Below are positions 27,909 through 39,323 of a stretch of DNA of 64,000 nucleotides, one piece after another. The notes beneath the pieces are model-generated. The model ran no database searches, was not told the origin of the DNA, and worked only from the letters and a program-made list of their open reading frames with translations. Origin of the DNA: the human T2T-CHM13v2.0 reference genome, Homo sapiens; assembly GCF_009914755.1 (NCBI RefSeq), contig NC_060927.1. The stretch is one strand, 5' to 3'. Positions within the stretch are counted from its first letter, which is position 1, and every line of letters begins with the position of its first letter. The position numbers and the translations under genes were made by a program.

Positions 27909-29547
27909 TGTCACAGAATCCTCGGGTTGTCGCTTTTCTGACTGGAAAGCTCTGTGGCCGGTGGTGCCTTTGCCTGAGTTTTGCTTGGGCCTGCTGGGAT
28001 CATTGGCCTGGCAGGCTGCACTCAGCTTGTGCTATTGGTCCAGATCCCATGCCTGCCAAGGGCTACCCAGGTGAGGAGTGGCAAGGGGTATATGAGTGAG
28101 TGATTGTGGAGTCCAGCCACTGCACACAGCCAGGCACACCATCTGCAGCCAGGTGGGCAGCTCCAGGCACCAACACGGGAGCTGACTCCCTGTGAGGTTG
28201 TGGTTGGACCAAGCATACCACAAGCAGCTTCCATGACTGGAACCAGGGAACACAGTGGCTCCCAGAAGCTTGGAGACACCAGGAACTGCAAAGCCCCAAA
28301 GAGGGTGTCACAGCCCTGGCTTGGAGATCTCTGAGGTATGGGCTCCCTGAAAAGCCATAGCCCTTCTCTCTTCCCTCCTTCTCATCACCCGCAGTGGGCA
28401 AGTGAGGGGTGTGTTTCAATCCTGTTTATGTTACAACTCTTTCAACCCTGCCATTCAGTGAATCCTAAGTTCTTGTCTCATATCTAGGACAAGTGGAGGG
28501 TGAGCAAGGCGAAGAGGTGCTTTATTGAGCAACAGAACAGATCAGAGGAGACCCACAGTGGGTAGCTCCACTCCACAGGCAGGACGTCCCAGTGTGTCCG
28601 GCTCTCAGCAGTGAGGAGACCCACAGTGGGTAGCTCCTCTCCACATGCAGATCATCCAATATCTTCCTATCTCTCAGCTGAGAGGAGACCCACAGTGGGT
28701 AGCTCTTCTCCACAGGCAGGTTATATGATGTCTTCCCAGCTCTCAGCTGAGAGAAGACCCATGATGGGTAGCTCTTCTCTTCAGGCAGGCCATTCTGACA
28801 TCTGCCTGAGTCTTGCTGAGTCCAGGGTTTTTATGGGCATCAGAGAGGAGTAAGTGCATGCTGCTTGGTCCATAGGTGGCCGTGGGCAGCCTGGAAAAAG
28901 CACCATGAGTTCTCATTCCAGGCCATAGAACTGGCTTCCCAGCCCTGATGCCTCAGGCCATCCCAGGCCTGAAGATAGGGCTGTACCAGGGACCTGCCCC
29001 TTTCCACTCAGGAGCCTGTCTGCCTCCCACTGTCATCAACCTGACATCCCCAGTGCCCAGGCTGTTTGCACTGAGGGGGCGGGCCCGCACCAAGCTGTGT
29101 TCAGCACCCCCTTGGCCTCCCTCCCATGCTTGTTGGTGCCCAAAGTCCAGAGAGGGCCAAGGTGGTACAGTGCTGGTGTGTTAGTACTGCCATGGGTGCA
29201 CTCACACCTGGCTGGGTCATGACAGTGCCTGGGCTTGGCCTCAACTTTGCTCCAAAATCAGAGTGGGCACCAGCAGTGGAGAGAGGCCAGGCAGTGGGAG
29301 CAGGTATTTCCCAGCCTGTAGGCACAGGGTGGGCTTTCCGGGCCCCCGAGAGAGCAGAGATGCTGGGTTCACAGCCTAGACTGGGCAGCTGCAGGGCTCC
29401 CACCCCTTCAACTCAGAGGGGGCCAGGGCTTCTGCTTGTTCCTTGCTCCCACCGGCTTCAAGGAGTGTGCTGCCCTGACTGCACCCCACCCCTGCTGCAT
29501 CTGGAATCTTTGCAGCAGCCACTCCAGAAGGGCCGCTGCTGCCATCA
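27909..29547 (-). mobile_element. MER52-family ERV1 solo LTR (copy 2, about 1.64 kb)
   Basis: Termini tgtcacagaatcctc ... gctgctgccatca; TSD atat/gtat; minus-strand AATAAA at about 28521; homologous to copy 1. Confidence 0.82.
28545..28795. repeat. Four about 69-bp tandem units inside MER52 LTR
   Basis: gaggagacccacagtgggtagctc-like cores at 28545, 28613, 28682, 28751. Confidence 0.9.
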
Positions 29548-31800
29548 GTATCACTTCCTTTAACCCTGAAGAAGTAGCTTTATTTAATAATTATTTTAAG
29601 GAAGATATGCTAGCAATAAATTCTCAATAACAAAATTATCTGTTTACTTTAAAATGTCTTTATTTGCCTTCATTTTAAATAATACTTTTGTTGGATATAA
29701 AATTATTAGTTGTCATTTATTTCTTTTCTAAATTTTGGATATATTTGACCTCCATTAATTCTGAGGAAAGGTATTTTTTTGTTTTGTTTTATATTGGTCC
29801 CTTTGTACATGTTAAAGTTGTTTATCTCTTGCTACTTTTAGGTACAATTGTTCTAGTGGTGGTTCTCTTTGTGTTTATTATACTGGGAGTTACTTGAACT
29901 TCTGGGAAATATAGATTAATATTTCATCAAATTTGGGGAGTTTTGATCCATAATTTCCTCAAATATATCTTCTGCTTATTCCTCTCTCTTCACTAATTCT
30001 GAGAAACCTATTATGTATATGTTGATACTTATGGCCACAGATCTCTGAGCTTTTGGATTTATTTTGTTCATGTACTTTTTTGTGTGTGTGATGGAGTCTT
30101 GCACTGTCTCCCAGGCTGGAGTGCAGTGGGACAATCTCAGCCCACTGCAACCTCCCCCTCCAGGGTTCAAGTAATTCTCCTACCTCAACCTCCCGAGTAT
30201 CTAGGATTACAGGCACACACCACCATGCACAGCTAATTGTTGTATTTTTAGTAGAGATGGGGTTTTGTCAAGTTGGCCAGGCTCTTCTCCAACGTCTGAC
30301 CTCAGGTGATCCGCCCACCTTGGCCTCCCAACATGCTGGGATTAGAGGAGTAAGCCACCACTCCCATCCAATTCATATACTTTCTATTCTACAGAAAGTA
30401 TAGAAAACTTTGTACACATTGTTGATCTATCTTCAAGTTCACTGATTCTTTATGTGCCAGTTAATATCTGCTGATGAGTCATTCTAATTGAGCATCTCAT
30501 TTCACTTTTTGTGCACTATCTCCAGAATTTCCATTTGGTCCTTTCTTATATTTCCTTATCTCTTTATTGATATTCTATGTTCGATGAGTAATTGTCATCT
30601 TTCTTCCATTTAATTCTCATACTTTCCTTTGGTTCTTTGGACATGTTTATGACATTTACTTTGAAGATTTTGTCTGCTAAATTCAACATGTAGATCCCTC
30701 AAAAGGCAGTTTCTATTGATTACTGTATTTCTTATATATGGAGCACTCTTTTTTTTTGCATGTCCAATAATTTCTTATTAAAAGTCAGCTTTTTATGTAA
30801 TATATTGCAACATCCATGGATTCTACTCCTCACCCCCATGCATACAATTATAAGAATACTTGTTGCTATTTTTGTTTGTTTTTAATTTGTGTAGTAACTT
30901 TCCTGGACTGTATCTGGAAGTCAGTTTCTTTTGAAGTTTGCAACTTCTAATGTTTCCACTAAGATTTTTCTTTAATTTTGATGTTTATTTTTAAGTCTAT
31001 ATGTTTAGGGGTTACTCACGGGTCATTATAACTTAATGGTCTGTCATTGTGTGTTCAAGGATTTTACTTAGAGATGCTGGGCAAGTAGGGCTTCCATCCT
31101 TATCTGATGAATTTCTGTGTATGTGTTTGGGAGTGGTTCAAAGTTCAGGCAGGTGACAGGTCTGCCCTAGTTTACTCTGGATACACAAATGCACATTTAG
31201 CCTCACATTTAGCCAATGATGACTAACTCACTAGGGCCAGCTCCAGTAAATGTGCAGCCTTGTACATGCATGCATGCAGCTTTTCTGACCAGCCCAATAA
31301 ATGGGATTTCAGCAAGATTCTCTGGCAATCTTATATCTCAGATATTCCTGTTAAATTTCAGGCTTATTTTCCTTTCTGTTGCTTCTCTCTGCCTACTTAA
31401 TAACACAAGATAATCTGCAAAATAAGCCTTCCCTCATTTTTGTCACTGAAATCACTTATTTTCATCAGCACCTCTGCACATGGAATGTACATGGTTTGCT
31501 CCAGTAAAGTTGGCCTGCTCCATCAGGGAAAAAACTATTCCATTCTCTGTGGGCTGCGCTACCCTACTCTCCTGGGTAGAACTTCTTTGTCAAAGAGCTG
31601 GGGCTGAAAGCTGGAACTAGGAGTAGTTCCTCGGTAATATGCCACAACCACTCACTGTTTTTAAATAAATGTTTCTTGATTTGGTATATGCCTTTGGTCA
31701 ATGATACAGTCTCTTTAAATGGTTGTTTTGGACAACTTTGTCAGATTTTACATTTGTTTTTGGTAAGAGGATTTGCCAAGGTTCTCACTGAGGCACTCCC
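29548..31800 (-). mobile_element. Ancient L1M ORF1/5' region (interrupted by AluS)
   Basis: gctagcaataaattctc, tcatcaaatttggggagtttt, gatctatcttcaagttcactgattctt are antisense ORF1 motifs. Confidence 0.7.
30079..30369 (-). mobile_element. AluSx-type
   Basis: gatggagtcttgcactgtc...ctgacctcaggtgatccgcccacc...; TSD ttcatgtacttt/ttcatatacttt. Confidence 0.9.
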
Positions 31801-31809
31801 TTAGTCCTG

Positions 31810-33450
31810 CTGGCAGTCATTTTTGTTATTCAGTAAGTGGGTCAGAGCAACACACTCAAATGTGCCTTTAACATCCAAATAACCTCATTGAGTGAGGTTT
31901 TGACAGTGATTTATAATGATAGGAGCAATATAGTGGTAGTCATGGCACAACAACTTGCACTTCATTTTGTAGGGAGTGATTCCAAAAATGAAATCTCTTA
32001 GAAATTTCACCAAGGTGGTGATGATAAAATGATTAATCTCTAATTATCTGCCAGACATATCAAGATTCATGATGTTCAATCAGTTTTCAATATAATAGAT
32101 CAGCATTTTATTTTGTTGTACGTCCAAGCAATTATAATTTCTAAAACTACATCATGAAAGAAAGCAAAAGAGTTGACAAGAGGCAAGAGAAGGAAGGTTT
32201 ACCTCTGTTTTTGCTAGAAAAAGTAAATGGCTTCTGGTAGATTCTACAAATAGAGAAAAAAGTATTTGTCAGTTCAATATATTTACATCAGGTAGATGAA
32301 ACTCTATTGATTTGTTCAAGAAAAAATTATATATCTGGAACAGAAACTAAAATTAGAATCACTATCTGATTATGTTCACAATAATACACAATTAATCTCC
32401 AGTATTCATATGCCTTCTGATTAGGCCAAGCTGAAGTTAAACAGGCATGTGATAGAAATCACTACTTTTAATATTTTAAATAACTGGTGATTGTGGAAGT
32501 GAGACTAATCTTAGGAATTTCCCCATTATGTGATGCTGTATAGTTTATTATTAGGAAAAGTTCTTAAGACTTTCCTTTAACCCTTCTGCTATAATAGTCC
32601 TTATTTCAAATGTTAAGTAATCAATTAGGAAATTCTGCCATTTTTCACATATTCCAATTTCAGTTAGTCATTCAGGACCATGGGGAATAAACACAGATCA
32701 CACAAAAATATATTTAAGTCAAAATTGTATTTATCTCTTGAGCTTCATAAAGCTTTACTTTGGTAGATCACAGTGTCATCTTCCAAACTCTGGATTTTTT
32801 TCTTTTTCTGGCATAATTGCCTAGTAAATTACCTCAGGAATTTAAGAGAAGACCTGGAAAAAGTTTTACGGTAAATATTTGTGATAATGTTACAAGGCAA
32901 TTTCTGAATTGGTCCCAGTGATTCTTTCAATCAATAGCTGAGTCTATGACTTGGTTAAAACATTTATTTTGGCCGTTCGAGGCACTGCATCTCAAATTAT
33001 GGACTAATTTTGTGTTCCTACTAAACATACCTAATACATTTGAAAGCTTCTCAAGTATTTTCTAGAAACATGGCCATCAATTAGCTACCATACCTCTGAA
33101 GTCAAAACCGTCAGGTTGACACTTCATCCCTGTAGTCCATTACAGTAATTGTGTAAACCATATTTCTGGTAATTAAGTACTGTCACTTAGCTTATGACAC
33201 CCTGGAAGCTCATCAGTTCCATTGAGATTAGAGAGCAGGTGTCAATCACGGTGTTTCCTCAGTCATTCCTGGACTACAGAGTTCAGTTTTCACAGACCTT
33301 TGCAAGGATGATGATACTCACCTCAATTATATGAACTTGCAGGGAGGAAGATACATGCTTCCTCAAGAAATATAGCTCAGAGGTGTTTGTTCAGGAAAAG
33401 TAAAGCTACTTCAGGGTCAAATATGAGCAGTTGTATTTCTCAGCCCTCAA
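31810..33450 (-). mobile_element. Ancient ERVL/MaLR-type internal fragment (gag-pro-pol), highly decayed
   Basis: Minus translation about 32410-32306 YEYWRLIVYYCEHNQIVILILVSVPDI*FFLEQIN aligns to the ERVL RT motif [34 protein letters not shown]. Confidence 0.7.
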
Positions 33451-34524
33451 TAAAGTTGGTGCAAAAGCAATTTTTTATCTAGCTATATAAATAGACACAA
33501 GTTGCTTCTATTTTTTAAATAGCTGTAAGTTCTATGAGGATAGTTAAGGCAAAGCTTCATTAACAAGATTTACATTTTATTTTAAGATACTGTTCTCTTT
33601 CCTCCATAACTTCATTGTAGATCAACTTATTTTTTAGTTGGCTATGAGGTAAATAATCAAGTTTATATTTTATATAAATAAACAGTTAATTATCTTCTAG
33701 ATAAATTATAGTTTCATAGTATTTCTTATAATTATCAGTGCCTTTATCATCCTATGAATGCTATCCACAAAGCAGGAGCAATAAGTTACCCCACATTAAA
33801 AGCAGTGAAAGCAGAGAGGGCATATATTTTATTAAGTAGCAATCCAAAAAATAGATAATAATGAAAATTTATAAAGCATTCATGCATAGTAATGCATACA
33901 TTTATTATTTAATAATGCAAACATATTGGCCTTATATTATTTTGTCATGAATTCATAGGGATTAATAACAGTGAGTTATTGAAGCACTAGCTGGTTCTTT
34001 CTCCATTCAGATACTTGTAACAAACTATGATTATCTGAAGTCTTACTCTTCATGAATATATAAAATTTTATTTATTTTGATGATCCAATAAAATACCTTA
34101 TCTGACAAAATACATATCTATATACACTAATATATCAGTCTTTGACATATATGCTTGAAATAAGAAAATTTGGTTAAAAAGATAATTCAGTTAGTTATAT
34201 TATTGAAAATATGTTAATCCATTCTCTTATTATGTAGTAACGAATCACACACACACACACACCCATCAAGAGCTCTATCACTATGGCTATAGTTCCTGTT
34301 AATATATCTATAATAATATGTTATTTATTCATTAATTTTATTTCCTGTTATAATTAAATATTGCAATGTATTACTTAGTCATAGTTTTATTTCTTATTAT
34401 AAGTAAATAAATGATTAGTTACAAATGACTATTCTGAGAGCTGAAAATCATTCACTAGCTTGCCACATACAGAAAAATTAGTGAAGCAATTGCAATATTC
34501 ATATCTATGAATCGGAAAATTAAC

Positions 34525-34650
34525 GTATCCATGAGCAGAGGGATTTTTGCGTACTTTGTCTAATGTTGTACCTCAATTGTCCAGAACAGCACCTGGAATA
34601 TTATAATTATTCAATAAATAGATGTCTAGGGTGTATAAATGATGAATAAA
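34525..34650 (+). mobile_element. L2 3' end
   Basis: ccatgagcagagggatttt...ccagaacagcacctggaatat...tcaataaata. Confidence 0.55.
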
Positions 34651-35446
34651 TGTGGCTTTTTTATTTTAAAAAAAATTTTGAAACCTCAAACTTAGAAAAG
34701 CTTCGAGTGCAATACAAACAATAAATATTTTTTCCTGAACATTTTGAGAGTAATTTCCTAACATAATGCTTTGTCATTCCTGAATAGTTTAGTATGTATT
34801 TTCTACAATGATGATCTCTCACATAGTCACTGTACAACCATCAAACTTTAAAAATTAACACTGATATATTACTAATATCTAATCCTCTTACTCCCTTCAG
34901 CTTTTACTCATTGTCCTTATATTATCCTTTATAGCTCAAATATTAGTTCATAATAATGTTACACTTTGTTAAAATGTCACTTTAGTTTCTTTGAATCAGA
35001 GATAGTTTTTTTAGCAGGTTCTTAATATCCGTGACATTGACGCTTAAATGTTACAGGGCACTTATTTTATAGAATGTTCTTTAGTTTGGACTTTGTCTTA
35101 TTTCTTTGTGAATAGATTCAGGTTATTCATCTTTAGCAGAAACAACACAGAAGCGCTATTTTATTCTCATAGCAATCTATCTGATGGTATGTGATCTTGA
35201 TTTATCTGATTACTATTGTTAAATTTAAAAATTTAAAATAATGTCTGCCAGGTTTCCTTTTGTAATATTACATTTTCCCCTCTGCAATTAATAAATAAAT
35301 AATTTAAATGTGTGTGAGAGGTTGTAATTTGAGACTCTGTAAATATTCCATTCCCTTTCAAATTTCAGTGTATATGTTTATTTGCTCATATCATCATGAA
35401 GTCATGATTTTGCATTTCGTTCAGTAGATTATCATCTGTTCGTATC

Positions 35447-36702
35447 TGTATTAATTTCTGAGGGCTGCTGAACAAAGTACTTAAAACTAGGTGGTTTCAA
35501 ACAAGAGAAATTTATTTTCTCATAATTTTGGAATTTAGAAGTCCAAAATCAAGCTGGAAGAAGAGCCATGATTATTCTAAAGGTAAAGGAAAATCTTTCT
35601 TGCTTTTTTTAAAAAAAAATTCAGTTTTTATTTTAGCTTCCGGGGTATTTGTGCAGGTTTGTTACAAGGGAATATTACATTATGCTGAGGTTTGGGCTTC
35701 TGTTGATCCTGTCACCCAAATAGTGAACAGAGTACCTTCAGAAAGTTTTTCATACCTTGCCACCCTCCCTTCTTCCCTCCTATTTGAGTCTCCAGTGTTT
35801 CTTTATCCTGTCTTATGTCCATGTGTACCCAAGGTTTAGCTCCCACTTACAAGTGAAAACATGTAGTATTTGGTTTTCTGTTTCTGCATTCACTTAGGGT
35901 GATGGCCTCCAGTTGCATCCATGTTGCTGCCAAGTAGATGATTTTATTCTTCCTTATAGCTGTGGAGTATTCCATGGTGTACATGAACCACATTTTCTTT
36001 ATTCAGTCCACCATTGATGGGGACCTGGGTTGATTCCATGTCTTTACTCTTGTGATTAGCACAACAATGAACATATGACTGCATATGTCTTTTTGATAGA
36101 AGGATTTATTTTCTTTTGGGTATATACACAGCAATAAGATTCCTGGGTCAAATGGTAGTTCTATTTTTAGTTCTTTGAGAAATCTCCATTCTGTTTTCCA
36201 TAAAGGTTATACTAATTTACATCCCACCGACAGTATATAAGCATTCCTTTTTCTCTGCAGCCTTGCCAGCATCTGTTATTTTTTTGACTTTTTAACAGTA
36301 GCCACTGTGACTAGTATGAGATGGTATCAAAATGTGGTTTTGATTTGCATCTCTGATGATTAGTGATGTTGAGCATTTTTTAATGTTTGTGGGCCACCTT
36401 CTCAGTTATTCCTTCCTTCTGGTTGCTCTTAACAACCCTTGGTCTTCCTTGGCTTGTAACTACACTATTCCAATCTCAAGTTTCATCATCATATGCTTTT
36501 CTTCATTGTGTTTATCTGTTTGTGTTAACTTCTCTCCTTATAAGAACTCCACTAATCGAATTTAAGGCGCACCTTAATCTTGTTGACCTCAACTCAACCT
36601 AACTAGCTATGTCAGCAAAGACCCTATTTCCAAGTAAGTTTACATTCTGAGGTTCCAGGAGGGCATACAGTTTGGAAGGGGGATGCTATTCAACCCACCA
36701 CA
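35447..36702 (-). mobile_element. MLT1B/C MaLR LTR split by an L1PA
   Basis: tgtattaatttctgagggctgctg...aaatttattttctcata; second half aaagaccctatttccaagtaag...tattcaacccaccaca. Confidence 0.8.
35604..36395 (-). mobile_element. L1PA13-16-type 3' fragment
   Basis: gggtatttgtgcaggtttgttacaaggg...atgctgaggtttggg...gatgttgagcatttttt. Confidence 0.85.
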
Positions 36703-37429
36703 CTATAATAATTTATTATGGTGGTCAAATATTCTAGATTTTGGCCAGTAGGGGCCTGTCAACCTGAATTTTGCACTCTACAACATGTTCCTATTACATT
36801 TTGAACACTTTCTTACTTTTTGGTATAAGATAAACCAGTGTGGTCTTTTGCTGCTCTTATTGTTCTGGTTCTGGAATCTATAATTTCTTCAAGTATATCT
36901 GGTTCCTGTTTGTAGACCTTGGTATTTAGAAACTGAGATCTGACACTGGACATATTCATTGCAATTGAGTTTTGGCTGCTTCTAGGTTCACTCAGTGGAA
37001 CAAAAGTTATGAAATGTGTGTGCGTATGTGTGCATGTGTGTACACATGCAGACTCTCTCCTCACTTAGTCTGAGCTCAGATCCCTCACCACTACCTCCTT
37101 CAGGCTGCCATAAAGCAGGGACACTTTTCATCGTGTAGCTGGGCCATGTCACCATGTAGAAGCTCTCTTAACCATGCAGGGACTCTAACATGCTAGCCAT
37201 GCTACCATCCCTTGTTCTTCAGGCATGCCTTTCTCACCCTCCTTGGACTCCAACACCTTTCCTTGGGTCACAATAGCTTTCTTTTCTCCCTTGGCACAGA
37301 CAACTACTTTGCTCAGCCTCACATGATGGCTACTGGATTGAATTGTTTAAGAAAGGCAGAAGAGGAGGGAAAGAAAGGGAAATTCCCCTTTGCTTTTAAT
37401 AATGTCACTGTTTTATATTTTATTTATGA

Positions 37430-38990
37430 AAATTTTAAGTGAACAAACTTAGCTTTGTAAATTCCCTTGATTTCATCTTTGTTTTCTATTTTCTTATTTC
37501 TTTTTAGTTTGTTTGCTTGTTTTTCAGTTAAATTCTGAGGTTGTAAAGTTAAATCATTAATTTTTAGCCTTTATTCTTATTAATATATGCATTTAGAAAT
37601 AGATATTTCCCTCTAACTACCACTTCCTACAAATCACATAATTTGTATTGTAATTTGATATTTCTAAATGTTTTATTAATTGTATTAAGATGTATTTTTT
37701 TTACTATGGAGATTTTTTGTTGTGTCTGAAGTTTTATGGTGTTATTTTCTTCTTTTTCTTATTCACTTCTTGCTTCAATGTACTGTGTTCACAGAACCTG
37801 TTCTAAATGGTATTATTAGAAATTTGTTTTATTGAGTTTATGAATTTATACAAATAATTAATGGAAGGATAGATATGTTCTAACTGTTGGGGTCAGAGTT
37901 CTATATAAACCTATTAGATGAGGTAAATTAATTCTTTAAATTTACTGCATATTTCTTCTATGATTTAATTTTCAATAATTTAAAAAGATTTTGTTCACAT
38001 TTCTCACATAATAAAGGCTTGTCAATGTTTTCTTCTAATTTTCTCAAATTTTACTTTATTTTATTGTTATTTACTACTTCTATCCCTACTAATGTTTTAT
38101 ATTTTAAAGTTTATTTTATTTGAATATACAGATTTCTTCTGGGTAATATTTATTATATATTCCATATCCCAGACTTTGATTTTAATTTATTTTGTATTTT
38201 CTATTTATATTTTATGAAAAACAAATAACTAAATTTCTTATAAGCAAATTTGGTAGCATCTGTCTTTTTTTTTTTTGGTGTTTTGCTATTGAAGTTGGAT
38301 GGCTTTTCAAAAAGTAAACACACTTTTGTCACAATTATCAAGATATAGAAATATTACCTGTGTCTTCATCACCATTCCCTGCCTCCTACTGCCTCCCCAA
38401 GGATAGCCAATACTCTGGTTTTTAACATTATAGATTATTTTTGCCTTTGTTTCAACATTACATAAACAAATTCAAACAGTGCATACTTTGTTTCTGACAT
38501 CTTTCCTTCAAGGTTATGTTTGCAAAATTCATACACGTAATTGTATGTACTTATTGATTCATGTTACTGATGAATGGTATTTCAGTGTATGAATACACCA
38601 CAATGAATTTATCCACTTTATTTTTGATGGACATTTGGGTAGTGTTGACTTTAGTAATCTGGAAGAAAATAAAAATTAAAACAGTAACAATCAACTTTAT
38701 CTGTTTTCAGGAAAATGCAAATTAAAACTAACGTTATATCATTACATATTCACCAGCATGAATAATGAATGAATGAATAAATAAATAGAAGAGAGACAGT
38801 AGTATGTACTACTACAAAGAGTATATACTGATACAACTGCTTTGGAAATTTGCTTAGCACTATACTATTTACTAGAGTTGAATGTAATCATATCCTATGA
38901 CCCAGCAGTTGTACTCATATTTCACAGAAAGATATACTTATATTCCTCAAAACACATTTATAAGAACACATATTTTATGATTTGCATATG
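37430..38990. mobile_element. Cluster of ancient L1M/L1ME fragments (minus about 37430-38650, plus about 38690-38980)
   Basis: atttccctctaact; gtatgaatacaccacaat...tttgatggacatttgggt; ggaaaatgcaaattaaaac...cctatgacccagca. Confidence 0.6.
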
Positions 38991-39016
38991 CTTTTACTAT
39001 TTTATTATATCAGTTC

Positions 39017-39323
39017 TTTTTTTTTCTTTTTTTTTTGAGACAGATTATCCTGCTGTTGCCCAGAATGGAGCGCAGTGGCATGATCTTGGCTCACTGCAAT
39101 CACCACCTCCCGAGTTCAATTAATTCTCCTGCATCAGGCTCCTGAGTAGCTGTGAGTACAGGCATGCATCACCATGCGAGGCTAATTTTTGTATTTTTAG
39201 TAGAAATGCGGTTTCACTGTGTTGGCCACGTAAGTTAAGTCTCAAATTCCTGACCTCAAGTGAGCCAGCCACCTCGGCCTCCCAAAGCGCTGAGATTACA
39301 GGCGTAAGCCACTGTACCCGGCC
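39017..39323 (-). mobile_element. AluS-type
   Basis: Poly-T then gagacag...cctgacctcaagtgagcc...gccactgtacccggcc. Confidence 0.9.

Larger units (their letters stand above)
34655..37060 (-). mobile_element. L1MC-type 3' fragment, interrupted by MLT1 LTR
   Basis: ttttcctgaacattttgagagtaa; resumes about 36703 with ttggccagtagggg and tatttagaaactgagatctg. Confidence 0.6.

Noticed and set aside
28545-28795. CRISPR-like repeat/spacer appearance
   Set aside because: Linkers are homologous to each other, the array is inside a primate LTR, and there are no cas genes.
21255-29547. Intact provirus that captured an L1
   Set aside because: Each LTR has its own TSD, the L1 continues beyond LTR copy 1, and no PBS or PPT is seen.
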